The notes beneath the pieces are model-generated. The model searched no databases, was not told the origin of the DNA, and saw only the letters and a program-made list of their open reading frames with translations. A DNA stretch of 64,000 nucleotides, taken from contig JAQGDQ010000010.1 in assembly GCA_030141605.1 (NCBI GenBank), positions 1,488,001-1,552,000 of the forward strand, given 5' to 3'. Each line of letters begins with the position of its first letter. Position 1 is the stretch's first letter. The position numbers and the translations under genes are program-made. Below are positions 25,467 to 39,779 of the stretch, piece by piece. This DNA is from Tubiluchus corallicola. Lineage: Eukaryota > Animalia > Priapulida.

Positions 25467-28400
25467 TTTAAGCAAACTGTCCAGTGGAGGGAAAAAGAGA
25501 GAACGAGCAGTGCGTGAGAGAGAGAAAGAGAGAAATAGGAAAGATTGAAAGAGTCATTTTGGCCAGTTGTCGTGGAGAGTTGAAGACAATACGAGTACTG
25601 AACAATTTATTGGAAATTGCAGTCTTATAGCAATTTTTGGATTAGAAAAACAATAGAAATAATTTCATACTGAAAACACCTTTGTTGTTTTATCAGTAAT
25701 TACAAAACTACAAAGATGTTTGCAGAAAAAACATTTTACTTACCTTTTAGCTGACTGGCACGTTTTCCCGTCTTAGAGGCGGTGCAGAAATAGAATCTGG
25801 TGAAGAGTTAGCAATCTTACAATCGCGTTAACACTAAGTAAACTGATTTCGTCTCTAAACTAAACGTTTTTAATGAATCAATAATACGGTGCGCCGTTTT
25901 CACAGAAAATATCACTGCGGCAGAGCGGCACGCAACATTGTCAACAAATTAACCCGTTACCAAGTTCTAGGAGCAAAAATAAAATCTTGGTAATTCGGCA
26001 ATTCTCCGCGTGTCTGAAACGATTTAGAAATTTTTAGCTGATGCGTAACAAATAAACGTCGCAAAAAAGTGGCAAACAGAACTCAATCACTTTTTAAAAA
26101 TTTGAACAACTGATTTTACTTTATTAGATAATTGTCATAACAGCGTCCTATTACAAAAGGCTCTTACAGTTGTTTTAAAATATTTCAAAATGATTTAGAA
26201 TTTGTAGACTTGATGCAATTATTTTTCAACAGCGTCCAAGCCTCGCACAAGTAGCCGCAGGGATCCCTGCCACGGTAGAGGAGAAACTTTATCTTCTGAT
26301 CCTACATCCATCGCGTCTGCGCAACAGAGAATCTGAATCTAAGTAAAATATGGAGCTCTTATCAGAGAACCTATAATAATTTTACATCAGCGTAGAAGCT
26401 TTCCTTGCAATAAGGCATGAAGGCAATCCATAAATTTGCTCTTAGTATTAATACCACGTGTAAGGCACAATGTTAGTGGCAAAAATAACATGGAAAAATG
26501 CAGGCCCCCTGACCTGCGTAAGCAATCGCATATAACCTGTTTTAAGTTATCCAACTGACGACACAAATACTGGTGTTAGCTTATTGACAACTAGGTTCAG
26601 AGCTTGCGAATTTTTAGCAGTGACATAGAAGTAAGCTGGTGGAGTTATCTCGTCACTGGATAACTAAGTAACGCATTTACGAAACAGACTCATCTGTTTT
26701 CTGGAATGATAAGGTTTCACAACACGATTTCAAAAAAAATTGTCTTGAAACACGAAACACCTGTTAATTCATCGCAAACTGACATGAGATTGGATTAAAA
26801 CTGAGCAAAAAATTGCTTGTAATTGTTTTGTGAAAGTGAAAGGAGTTTCCTCGATTTTGCTCTGCTTCGTTTATGCAACATTTTAGTGATGTTATTTACT
26901 TGTCAACTTTTTGACACAGTATTACTAATAACATTATACTGACATAGTCGGCTGCCATGAGTGGTATCTATAACTAAAATAGCGAAAACAATGAGGCAAC
27001 TAAAACGAATTACTAGTGCCAGGTAGACTGACAGGATGGACAGGTTTTTTTGGTTAATTGGCGACGTTTCGTTCCCTAGTCAACGTCAAAGGTGAAATGC
27101 GGTTCAAAAGTAAAAAGAGTTTGTTCAACCATACTTGTGAAGCAATCAGCGACAGATGTACGACAGATTTTAATAGGGTATTGGGTGGCCTTGGATAGTC
27201 ATTCAAAGGTCGAAGGTCATTCACAACTTAAAAAGTTTATTGACTAACAAAACTGAGAAAGCACCTGAATGTGTGAGTGCTACATGATTACAATTGGGAT
27301 TACAATTCGAATCTTGGCTAGGCCAATAAAAACTGATAATCAACTTAACGAAACCACAACTAAAAAGGACTTAAAAGAAACAAATCCAAATTTTCCGGCG
27401 GAAAATCACTATCCAAATTTAGAACACCAAGTCTAGAACATCTGTGAAACAATACCAGTTGTATAGTAGGACGTATACGGAAGCATACGGAGTGTACTCA
27501 CCTGCTCTGGGTGCTTGCAGTAATACTCACCTAAAAATACAAGTATGCTCGCTTCGGTTAAGAGTATACACCCGTACACCCAAATAATAGTTTAAGATGT
27601 TAGTATGTGGGCTTTAAAGCCAACACGTCTGCTCAGCGGTCTGCTTGAGATGAAAAATGATGACAGTCAGAATGTGTTTTCCTTGGTTTTTAGTCATTTT
27701 AATATTTCGTGAACGTACGTTTTCATTAGCCTCACATTGACAGGAGTTGCGCCGCAAATATTATTAAGCTTATTTCATTGATGAAGCCCAGTGATTAGCA
27801 ATGAAAACTCTAAAAAGCAAATCTGAGGACAATATTATAAACTACTCGTCAATATTTTACTGATGTTACTAAATATTAAAAAAGTATGATGTTTATTTTT
27901 TAAAATTTAACTCAGTCTAATAAGGTCAAATTTTCCAGACAAATGAAAATCCATGTCTAGCTACAGTATACACGAATTACACTAGCACACTTGGTCAACA
28001 ACTTCGGCAGGGGTGTTGCCTCCGTGGATTACCAGGTCCGATCAACTCAAAGTTTTTAGACATCATACCAAACTACAAATTTATCATTACGGCGCTGATC
28101 CAGAAAACCTTGTACGCCATCTTAGCTTTAGGATCACATAATGTTTACCTGTGCTTGACCTCAAAAAGGAACATATAATGGTTCTATAAACACCCATTAA
28201 CGTATTGATGTAAAAGTTGATTAAAACTGGCGTGTAGGTGAAGAAGTCGTCTTTAGCTGAAAAGCCTTTGAAACTTTGGAGAGTGATAGAAAAGATAGAC
28301 TGAATTAGCAGAGTATCACTTATCATCATTAGTCCTCGTCAACTTCGCCGAATAAGACAAAGCCTATCCTAAAGTTGAACTTTGGACTTTCGAAGATTTT

Positions 28401-28469
28401 AATACCAAACCATTAACATTTTTTAAACAGCTTTCAGTCTAGATATATGTGAATAAGATGTCACTAATA

Positions 28470-28600
28470 GTCATCATCGTCGTCATCGTCGTCATCATCA
28501 TAATCGCACTTTTTTCGTCATTGTCATTATCATCATCATCGTCGTAGACGTCATCGTCATCATCATTATCAACAACAACAACAACATCACCATTATAACA
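28470..28600. repeat. Degenerate (CAT/CGT/CAA) tract
   Basis: Directly visible. Confidence 0.85.
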
Positions 28601-29051
28601 TTAGCGCAGAAGTAGTCATAGTCAACATAGAAGAGGCTGTTTTTATTATTTCACATGTTATCGTCATCAACACAGTCGCCTTAATTAGCACCGTCGTTGA
28701 TGATAATCATGTGCAGCTCTCTTATTTTTACAAGTTTAAAGATCAAGAACATCAAGTTATCAATTGCGATCTAAAGCTTTGTAAAATGATAGGCTGTCAG
28801 GATGATAGGAGGCGGGAATTTGCTTATTGGATATGCCAGTTCACTGGGAATTACAGACATCAGACCCAGCTCAGACACTTTGCAATTCATGTAATACTAT
28901 CACTGTCTAGCCCACTTATAGGTTTAAATGGGTTACTGGAACAATTAGTTTTATCTTACACATAGTTTACGAGTACATGGCTTCACAAGCTAACATAGCA
29001 TGATTAAGTACAGTGAACATAACAAAATAATGTGATTTGCGAAAAGGAGAG

Positions 29052-29052
29052 A

Positions 29053-29104
<52 letters not shown>

Positions 29105-29123
29105 GAAGGAAGGAAGGAAGGAA

Positions 29124-29217
<94 letters not shown>

Positions 29218-29470
29218 ATGAATGAATGAATGAGGGCATAAATGAATGAAAGTAAGAAAGAAGAAAAGAAAGAAAGAAAGAAACAAACTAACTAATAAAC
29301 AAACAAGCAAAGAAAGAAAGAAACGAAAAAGAAAAGAAACACAAATGAACGAGTGAAACAAGGAAAGAAAGAAAAAATAAAGAATAACAAAGGGAAAGGA
29401 GGAAAGAGAGCAATAATGGGGGCAGAGAGAAAGAAGCGGAGGAGGAAAGCCAATAAGAAAGCAAGAAAGA
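29052..29470. repeat. (AAAG)n/(AAGG)n/(AATG)n microsatellite with purine-rich decayed extension
   Basis: Directly visible; pure part 29052-29232. Confidence 0.97.
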
Positions 29471-29879
29471 GATTTTGAAGAATATAGTTTGAACAAAATT
29501 TTAATATAACTTGCACCAGACGTTTAATAATGCTGATTTCAAATCTCGAGAAATAATTAGCTGCTACCATAATTCTAGAAAGTCAAGAAAAGCGGAGCAA
29601 AACAGGTATCAAAGAAAGAATACAAAAATGCCAGAATGATCTGCTGCAACGTCGGCTTTGTTGAAAGCAGTATGAAATCCAGGGATGTACGGAACTTATT
29701 AATTTCCGCTCGGGGATGTGCAAGTATTCAAAACGCAAAGTGATAGTGAAATTTTTGGAACTACATGTATGCGCGTCTTGATAAAAAATAATTATCACTC
29801 AAGTAAGCTAGGAAAAACGGAAATGTCCGTGTAGAAAATAATCATGCTGTTTAACTGGGAGTTTGATTTGCTCGTTCTG

Positions 29880-30095
29880 TCACCCATTCGATCATCCACT
29901 CACACAGATCCTTATTTCCACGCTCACTAATAGTCACTCACTCGCATACCCACTCGTTCATTATCACAAAGTCACTCACTCACATATGCATTTGTTCATT
30001 ATCACAAAGTCTCTCACTTACATACCCATCCCTTCTTCATAGCAGAGTCAGTCACTCACTCGTTTGGTCGTTTGCTTACTAGCCTATTCACTCAT
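29880..30095. repeat. Degenerate (CACT)n-based repeat with ~39-bp higher-order unit
   Basis: GTTCATTATCACAAAGTC(A/T)CTCACT repeated at ~29956 and ~29994. Confidence 0.7.
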
Positions 30096-31104
30096 TTTCT
30101 TTAAGAATGTAAGTTTAGAACTAATACTGTTTTTTAACCTACTACCTATGTGCAGCAACCTTTCTGTCTTACATCTCGTATGAAGTGGCACTAAAGGCTT
30201 TTACAAAAAAATTTACAATTTCTAATTTTTTTGTCGCTATTCACATGTCTATAAACATCACAAATCAAATGCTTGATAATCGGTTCTTTTGTCATTGCAC
30301 TTAGCTTAGCATGCAAGCGCAGCAGTAATAAATAATTCCTTCCTCAAATAACGCACTTTTTATAAAAAAAATAGAAGATGGGAAATGTACACTTCGTTGA
30401 GAAATCTTTATACAAGCCCGCGCTGGCAAAAAGAAGGGAAATCCGATACTCCCCAGCATCAGCTTTTTCAGAATGCCTTTTAATGAAATCGATACATCAT
30501 ATAATTATGTCTCATGAATTAGCTACCTTCTCGTTTTAAGTAGAATGTTCAACGCTGGTTATTGAGGCACGCAAACGAATTACATTTCATAAGAAATTCA
30601 AACTTCGCCTCATAACAATCGGTGGAGTAAAGCCGTTTCGTTCCATGCAACGTGATCGCTATACAAATATACACCTTTATTTTGCTTTGCGTCATCATTT
30701 ATGTCATTCTTTCGTCATCCATGAATCTGCTTTTTTTATCTCAACGCGGAGAAAGGTAGGACTATTGTTGGTACCAACACCACTTGAAATGTCATAACCA
30801 TAAAATTTGGAGTAAAATTTTAGATTGATGCAATGATTGTGCAATAGAAACACTTGAGTCATGTTTCTAGAGATTTCACGCAGAGGAAGGTGAATGTGAA
30901 CGGTCTCTTGGTGCAATGCTGTCATGTTACTAGCCTGTAGTTGTGCTTTTTTGCTTGTCAGGCAGTAGATTTAACTGGGGCTGTTGACTATATTATGATT
31001 TGGTGACTTCATATTAAATAAAATCTAAAGCTTTTTAGAAATTAAATTAAACTGTTTTTTCTAACTGAGGAATTTTGCAAAAATAATGTTTGGTGGTGTT
31101 AGTG

Positions 31105-31420
31105 GTTATCATCGTAGTAACATCAACATATCATCTACATAATAATGACAGTCATCACTGTCGTGGTTGTTATAATTATTATCATGATCACTTGCCTCAT
31201 CCTTGCCACCATCGTTGTCATTATCATCACCAATAGTACCACAGCATTATCATGATCATTATAATCGCCATCGTCATCATCATTATCGTGATCATATCAT
31301 CATCTTTGTTGTCATCGTCTTCGTCCTCATCATGATCATCATCATCACAGTCACTGTCATTATTGTCATTATCTCGCCATGTTCGTTGCCACTGCCGTCA
31401 TCGTCATCCTCATTATCGCT
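31105..31420. repeat. Degenerate (CAT/CGT) trinucleotide tract
   Basis: Directly visible. Confidence 0.85.
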
Positions 31421-34400
31421 GTCTACGAATGTAAGAATAGCATGGTACATTAATGCAATAAACTTCAATCAGAAATGGCAGGTGCTAATCAAACTGTCTT
31501 ACTAGTATTTCCTAGTCAAGTCTCAGGGTAGGAGACTATGCAGTGAACAAGTGGTTATTACTCATTCAAGGACCTGTTGAGCTAGTCTTGCGGTGACGTT
31601 TAGTCACGCTAATGAGTCTTCAGGGGACCGTGCATCTGAGCTCTTTCTAATCTAATATGTTTCTAGATTCAGAAGATATTCTGTTTTTGATTACTTAAAG
31701 AAGTACGTAAATTCAGAGTCAGTGGGGGACACGTGGCTAGGTTATAGTACTACTTTTGTAGAAGTGAAATGATAGAAAACTGCAAAAATCGTTGAGTGAA
31801 TTCACCACATGCGCCTTGATTTACATTGACAAGCGTCCAAATTTACAAAAAGTGCATGACAAAAAATTGCTTTTTAAATGGCGATAGTAATTTGGGACTT
31901 GAATTAGTTCATATCTTCAAAAAAACGAAATGAGTCGCTCTGCTCACCAGCTGACGCATTTGTTCTGTAATTGTTAGGTTGTGCTGTCCACTGGTTCGGG
32001 CGGGTTTTTTGTTTTGTTAATATTTCAGTTCAAGCGTAGAAAAAACATCGACAAAGGCAATTATTCTTGTTAACAGTGCCTTTAAGAGAAACAGTTGACA
32101 TTTCTTACGAAACTTCGACTTGCTGTACGTATGTTTCACAACATCGGTTAGCTTCGAATCGCACAGTAACTATGTATACTTCCAATTAAATCTACACTTA
32201 TCGCTATTATTTAGTGTTATTATTGCCAAAATCTTTTGTTAGCTATTACTTAAAATTAACAAAATTTTAACGCTTAAACTGTATGTAGTTATTGTAAAAA
32301 ATTTTCACGAAAGTAAATGAACGTGACAGTCTGTTAATATTCTATTTTCAACTCTATCGGAAGCCAGCGAGCTTGAAAACAATAAGCGATCTAACCAATC
32401 AGAAGACAGTGGAACATCGCTTTGCGTGCACGTAATGCCATTACAGTTTTAAAAAAGTGAATATCTCTCGTCAGTAAAGAAAATGAAGACAATAATGAAT
32501 GCAATCTACAGAATGATAAAAGATCCAATTGGGCGAACCCACAACTGGGGCTGGCATATTTGCTACCAAAAAAGACCTGCTTAAATTTAAGAAAGCGTAT
32601 GATAAAGAAAACAATGTGTGTACATTATCGTGAATTTTGTCATTCGTTAAAAACAATTCTGTAAAAACTTCAATTAATTTATAAACGAGTGCTTAATGGA
32701 AAGGACAAGTCGCTTAGCATGCTGGGTTTATTTCACTTAAACTTAGAAAACTATAACAAAGAAATTGCAAAAAATTGTCTATAGAACATAAAGCTAATTT
32801 ATACTATCTATGCATAAGAATTTTCAGGTGCGGTGGTTGCCGAGATTCACTTGAAATTGTGACGTAACTGCTGGACTTCGCAATTTTTCGTAAGGCCATC
32901 GTGGCCTTCCGTAAGCGCGCGATGCTTAAACTAATTCAAACTTCTGCAGCTTACCTAGCGTTAATGCAGAATATCACAAAATTAGCTATCTAACTTTTTG
33001 CAAAAAGTTATACTTTTGACGGAAATTGACAGTACGCAGCTTTGCTTCAGAAGATGAACGACGTCAATGGTTTTAGAATGGGTGATCAAAATGAGAGCGA
33101 ACAAAGCATGAGATAATCGCGACTTTAAAGTGATTTTACTAATAATTACCAAAGACGTTTATCGCACTTCTTTACTAAATCCTTCTAACATTTTCGCAAA
33201 CATTGAAATAAGCTTAACTTCTCAGAAGGTTTGGTCTTTCCTTTCAATTCGCTTGTTCTACTTGGGGCGGTACACGTTTGCCATGCAATAAATTTGACTT
33301 TATTAAAAGGGCAAAGCTCAGCAATAACAAATACAGTGTAATACATTTTTTTTCTTGTCCTGTTTACGGTGCGCAATTTTCTACTTATAGAATGCGAACG
33401 GAATTGGCAGTTTTGTCGGGAGCGAATTTCCAAAAGCCCTGAATCGTTTCCTACATTAGGTCAATCAAGTTACGTGCACGAAAGTTTCCTCAATTTGCCG
33501 AGAAGCCTATAAATAAGAGTCCCAATTCAAGATTACAAACCTAACTTAATTAGTCGAAGAAACGTTAAAGAAGTCAGCAAGTTCTGCTGTATCAAACATT
33601 GGCTGACGTACATAGCAAGTTAACACAGAGAGTTAAAGAGTTAATTTGTGCGAAATTTTGAATAGCTTTTTAGTCGGCCAAGTAGAGGATTGACCGCGTA
33701 TAGGATTCCGGGTAAACATAGGATTCGTGGTTACTTATTGTTATTAAATGCTACCCAAGCTTATTTTACAGAGCAGAGTCTGTGTTTTTCGTAGCAATAT
33801 TTTATGAAACAAGGTGTTTACGCAATAGTGTAAACAGAGTGTAAATTATTAAATTTTCTTCGCCACGTCTCCAGTTCTCAAAAACGAGTTCGCTTATGTT
33901 CACCATTGTAGCATTTACGCGATTAAGGTTTCTTTGGCAACATAAAAACTGGCTTCGTTTAAGAAATAAGTTGATTATAGACATTACCATTTTGGACTGC
34001 AGATGGCAACACAAGTTTGAAAGAATAAATCAATTTAATTAGTGTAAATCAAATTAATCTTGCTACTTTAAAGAGGCATGTTTAAAAGTGAAAAATTGAG
34101 TAATCTGTTACATAGCGACCATCACAAATCACTGTAATAATTTTTGTAAAGTTTCTGTATTTCAACCAGCTAAAGCCCCATGCTTGGTTTACTAATTTTT
34201 AAATGAGTTCTGCACGTCTTCTGAAGTGAAAAATAAATGAATTTGACAGAATATCTTGACTTACTGAAATTCACAATTTTCTATACCATGTCTCGAAAAT
34301 AAATGATTGGAAGCAATCTTTTGGTTTCCTCACATTTTACAAGACCAAAACATCTACCCTTTGCGTTTGAAGGTAAAATGTCAGTTAAGCAACAAGGTTA

Positions 34401-36230
34401 CTGCGATATTAAAATTAATTAATTCATCGAGAACGTACAGTCGATATAAAAAAATTTTAGTCCGGGTTTTCGAAATAAACTACAAAGCTACATAAACGAG
34501 AAAAACCAAATGAACCCACGTTATTATGATAATCTATATCAACATCTGCTTTTGTTTGATATACATCTGCGACATATTATACAGCCAACTGCTAACAAAG
34601 CTAAACATAATACAAATGACCGTTCAATGATAAATCTAATAACGTTGCAAAAAGCTAACGATCTTCAAGTCAAATCAACAAAAGAACGGACTTCCGCGCT
34701 ACTCCTTTAAACTCGGTGCAGGTACTTGAGCCTTGCCCGAATTTTCTAAGAAATCTTGTTACGAAAGAGTAGAAATCTACTCTGATATACTGAGTCTACT
34801 CTGATATCCTGAGTGGAACATGTCATGAAGAGAATGTATTGTGATGCAATACTGGCAGTCGTATAAAAACGGTATACAAACGAACATCCGATGTGAGAAG
34901 CTGAGAACAAAGCACCCGACGTAATGCCTGTAATGCCGAGTCCAGCATCTGAAAGCGAGAAATAAAACTGTATGTCAATAGAATGCCTTCGACGGTCCAA
35001 ATTACAGCAGTGCACATGTTCAACGAAATGACTGAAATCATTGTGGTCGCTGTTGCGAGAAAAAAGGTAGCAAAATTTAACTGACAGGTGAATTTATACT
35101 TAAAAAGGAACAGTAACTAAAAAGTTTTTATAATTGTAAAATCCGTATTCCTTTGAACACTGTCTCATATAAGTTTAATTTAATTTAGTTTGCGAATCAT
35201 CAAAACATCATAATATGACAAAAACAAAAACTTGACAGTTTTTATCAAGATATCTAAAAGAGTAAAAATATTAGAAACGTACATAGCAATAATGGCTCAT
35301 CTACGGAAACAGTAATAAGGAAAACACCATATTTACAATAATAACTATAATACCATATAAACAGCATAATTTGTAAAAAAAAGAGTAATAGATTGAGTGA
35401 TAGAAAAGAGCAATCAGGAGCTTTTAAGAGCAGAAACAGGCCGTTAAGTCAGCGTATTTATGCGGCGTTACACAAGCTACAACTTTTCATGCCAGCCATG
35501 TGCGATTGGACTTTCAAGCAAGTGGTGGAGCTAGCTGCTAGGGTAGCAGAACCATTCATTCGAATCGTAATTCAAGCGTGCATTCAACTCACTTCCGTAA
35601 TTCTTAACTCTGTTGCGTTGATGCCAACTAATTATGAGCCAAGGCGAAAGTTAAGTGTGTTCGTTTAATCAAGTTTTGATAATAATAACTACCCGACGAA
35701 TTTAGATTTACCACGCGAATCTGCCGTGTATATAAAAAGTATAAAGCTTGTGTGAAAGCGGATAAAGAATCAAGCAGACGGCATCAAACGTATGTTTTCC
35801 AAATATTATGGAATACAGTGACCAGCTTGACAACAAATTTTGACTGATGAGTAGCATAGATGCCAAAATTATCGGGAATCTTGATTTATCAACGGGAGAT
35901 TGAAGATCGCTGACGACAAACTGCTTTAGTTCAAGAAGATGTGACGGATTTATTGTCCAGGAAATCTCATATTCAGCGTATAATCCTGAATGGGGTGGTC
36001 AACGTGCAACAGTATCTCTCTGACATATTTTGCACATGACGCTGAAGCTTAAGAGCAGTGATGCAGAGGATAAACATTATCTAAGTGGGATTTTCACCCA
36101 AATGCCATCCTAGTTTCAATTACCACGTTTATGTTTGACCGACCTAGCCGTAATCATGATGATAATAGTCTAGAAATATTGTGTCTTATAAATAAGGCAA
36201 AACAGCCAATGCATCCGCAAAAAACTTGAA

Positions 36231-37283
36231 ATGTCAACATTTAATGGAGAGCAACAGAAATATTTCAGTACCAGAAGCGGGTCTTTAAGGAACCTATCAA
36301 AGCAGTGCAAATCGCAAGTGGTGTTGGGGATCATTGCATTGTGGGCTACCCTATTATTTTTCATCCATACTATTCCGCTGCAGTTAAGCATCAAGAACAA
36401 ACAGCTGTGGAACCACAGCAAAATTGCAGAGCCACTTGGTGGAAACAAAACGCTCTTGTTATTGAGACAACATGGCTACGCAGCAAAAAACGTAGACCTC
36501 GATAAGATATTTTATAACCGAGTTCCAAAAGCGGGTAGCAGTACCCTCTATAGCCTTATGCAAAACCTAAAAAAACCGAATCATTTCGCCTACAAGACTT
36601 TGCTTCCTCATTTTGAGTTTCGCGGAGGAGAAACAAAAGTGGCGAATCAGATCAACTCCATGGAGGGCAGATGGTTTGTCCACAAACACCAGCATTTCAT
36701 CAATTTCGAAGACCATCCCATGACGGATGGTGGCGATGCTATGTGGCCGGCATACGTAAACATAATTCGTGATCCAGTAGACAGGTTAATATCGTTATTC
36801 TATTTTCTGCGGCGCCCAGCGCGCTTGTTTCAGCAATATTTAAACTACAAAGTAGATGTGAACTTAACTTTTGAAGAATGTGTACTGCATGAACACGAAG
36901 AGTGTCGCTATACTGAAAAATATCCAGACTACAGGTACAGTCAGATAGCATTCTTCTGCGGTCCTACTTCAGACTGCACAGAACTAAATAGCAAAACTGC
37001 GTTAGAAAAAGCAAAGTCGAATGTTGTTAAATACTTTGCTTTTGTAGGAATCAGCGAATCGTATGATTACTCATTGCGAATTCTACATGTTTTGTTTCCT
37101 TCTTTTTTCGATGGATGGGAGACGTATTACTACTCAGAGAGATTAAAAGACAATCATTCGAAGAAACGTCAACAGGTATCGGAACAGGTGAAGCAAGTGC
37201 TTAGAGAGAAGCTAACGACTGAGTACGAATTTTATGAGTTTGTAAATGAAAGATTTAAGGCTTTTAAGCAACAAATACTTTGA
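36231..37283 (+). CDS. Golgi uronyl/heparan-sulfate 2-O-sulfotransferase family protein (UST/HS2ST/pipe-like), 350 aa, single coding exon
   Basis: N-terminal TM segment VVLGIIALWATLLFFIHTI; 5'-PSB loop YNRVPKAGSSTL; catalytic His region HKHQHFINF; 3'-PB motif NIIRDPVDRLISLFYF; FFCG..C and ALEKAKSNV..YFAFVGISE. Confidence 0.95.
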   Translation: MSTFNGEQQKYFSTRSGSLRNLSKQCKSQVVLGIIALWATLLFFIHTIPLQLSIKNKQLWNHSKIAEPLGGNKTLLLLRQHGYAAKNVDLDKIFYNRVPKAGSSTLYSLMQNLKKPNHFAYKTLLPHFEFRGGETKVANQINSMEGRWFVHKHQHFINFEDHPMTDGGDAMWPAYVNIIRDPVDRLISLFYFLRRPARLFQQYLNYKVDVNLTFEECVLHEHEECRYTEKYPDYRYSQIAFFCGPTSDCTELNSKTALEKAKSNVVKYFAFVGISESYDYSLRILHVLFPSFFDGWETYYYSERLKDNHSKKRQQVSEQVKQVLREKLTTEYEFYEFVNERFKAFKQQIL

Positions 37284-39018
37284 AAAAATTAGCTATACAA
37301 TGCACATAGCCTTCTTTATTTTGTTTCATAAAGTCAGTAGTATAAAGTGCGGCATGTTCATACGAGTACGCCATGTACGTAATAAGCTTCTTGATAAGGA
37401 ATTTATGGCTTCATCTAACAAGAGAGACTGATAGCAAACCAATGATGTAGCTCGCTTACCATATTATGTAAAAGTCAACGATTATAGGGGCAGCTTTCTC
37501 GTCTCTCGGGTAATGGTTCTTTATAGTTGGCAAGCTTTTTCAACTGTACTATAATTAGTCCTATAGCCCACTTCTTTTACAAAGTAAATTTTAAAACTTG
37601 TTTTTAAGCAGATCGCCACAGTGACAGTGACTACAGCCAGAAAATAAAAATAATTATGAAATCGGGAACAGAAAATAGAATTATAATAAAATTTGTTATT
37701 GGTAGGGTCATCTGTTGACTTTTTCTTGGAACAGTTGATAGTATATGCCTGTTAGCAGGGAAACAATTTGATAAACAATTGGACCAGCCAGAAGAAAAAG
37801 TTGAATTTACGAACAAGCGTGCTGCATCAAGAAACGTACAGAGTAAAATTATTCAGATATAGGCAATAACGCCAAGCGTCTACTACGAGCAAATAAATGG
37901 CCTTTACGAACCTGTAACAACAACCCTTTGTTGTAAAAGAGATTACAAGGCTATCCACAGATCAGGCCGACTAGATATATGATATAATACTGAGATGCAA
38001 TTTAAACCTGCGCTTGAAAAGCTTTATTACGAGTTCCTCTAGAATACCATCTAGGTGTTACCTATATTAGGATCTGTATCTCAAAAAAGACACTCAGATC
38101 CACTTAATTTGAGTTTAATGTCGACTGTGTAAGAATGCTGTGGTCTTTGCTATGATATGACACTATATGCTATATTATGAAGGATATTTATAAAATATAC
38201 AGTATTTTAAAAAAAGTGAGACTGGCATATATTACCTCTTATGCCAGCCTATATTGTGCAATGACAAATATGATAAAAAAACATAAGTTTACATTGCTAA
38301 CAGTAAAAATACCATAAAATAAAAAATCAATAAAACATAGACAAGGTGCAAATTTATCAAAATTGGCAGAGTTCGTTAAACTAAGCTGAAAATGTTTTAT
38401 GAAAACCTATTATAAATATATTGTGGAGGTAAAGTAATATGATCTTCGTAATGGTCATCATCTCCGCAGTTCTCAGTCTGTTTGATCTTGCTGTTACAGC
38501 TGAACACCCGATACTGTAATATCAAAAATTAAAGCATATTGTAATAAAAAAATCAACACATACTACAAAAAATAACCCAAATGTAATGAAATTAACTGAT
38601 AATGTAATAAAAAACGTATGCATGATAAACAAAACGAAGAATGTAATTAAAAATTTTAACCTATAATGTAATAACTAGCTGAATTAATGTTGCTTGGTAC
38701 CAGTGACAAAGGGCGGTGGGAATTTTTTGGAATATCGCGTTTCCAGTGTTCCCTCACTATTTCAAATTAAATGACACTTCTCATAATAACTATAGTTTTA
38801 TACATTATGTGCGTAGACCAACGATAATATTAGTAGAAATGTGTCCGAATATGCTATATGTCAGAACAAAATATATCATAGTAAGTAACACGGTGAGTTA
38901 CCTACATACTAAATAAAACTGCCATAGTAGATTTAAGTGTGAATAAGATCACCCTCGCTTGCAATTAATGCGAGCTTTAAAAAATATGCCAGTTGACCCA
39001 ATAATCAATAGGGTCAGG

Positions 39019-39463
39019 TTTTCCATCCGTACCCAACCCCTGCAACCAGATGGTAGGTCTAAAGCTCACTAGTGATGCCTTGGCTTCCCACCCGAGTGAC
39101 GTGGGTTCAATTCCTGGCCGAATCATACTGAAGACTAAAAAATTGTATCAAGTTATTGTGCGAGTTTAAGGAAATCAGTGCCATTTAACTATAGATGGTT
39201 CAGTATGTACCAGGACTATGCCCCAACCAAAACTGTTATTATAAAATGCGCCAATTAATCATTAATCGACTTTTCATCCATACATGACCCCAGCATCCAG
39301 ATGGTAGACCTATAGCTCACTTGCTGTGTCCTGGTTTTTCACCCGAGTGACGTGGGTTCAATTCCCAACCGAGTCATATTGAAGACTAAAAAATAGTATC
39401 AAAATAAAGTTGCGAGTATAAGGAAATCAGTTTTGAATTACTTTAGATGATTCAGTATGTACC
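39019..39463 (+). mobile_element. Tandem pair (~252 bp period) of tRNA-derived SINE-like units
   Basis: Two diverged copies (39019-39211, 39271-39463). Each has a B-box GGGTTCAATTCC after a tRNA-Gly/Glu-like anticodon arm, followed by TCATAYTGAAGACTAAAAAAT.GTATC. Confidence 0.75.
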
Positions 39464-39779
39464 TGTTATTATTGCATGTCTTCATATTGTATATCTTTAA
39501 CTTTCTATTATAGCCGAGTAAAGTTAGCGACAGACAGATAGACTCACGGATTGAGTTAATTAATTCTTTAGTTGCTGCCCACGTCGTAGGGGTAACTATA
39601 TATATATATATATATATATGTCTATACTAATAAATTATAAAGTGGTTGATGTATAATGTTTCGTCAGTAGTATACATATGTTTAAAGGGTTCCAAAGAGA
39701 CTCTGTGTCACTAACATTCTGGCTTCTTGCGAGTTTCTTACTCAGCTGTTATATATAAGCCTTACCAGTGCCACTCCCC

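Noticed and set aside
27496-27545. Minus-strand TTTTTAG|GTGAGT...CAG|GTGAGT resembling a recursive-splice exon
   Set aside because: No host gene is identified, and the flanks carry repeated GTATAC/GTACAC motifs typical of small transposon remnants; it would need RNA-seq.
28967-29570. KERK / FLSF ORFs
   Set aside because: AAAG microsatellite.
30704-30925. ORF with LHNHCI resembling a Harbinger/PIF nuclease C-terminus
   Set aside because: A single short motif with no DDE context.
39070-39120. tRNA-Gly/Glu gene
   Set aside because: Only the anticodon and T arms resemble tRNA. There is no acceptor stem or proper D arm, and it is duplicated with a SINE-like body.
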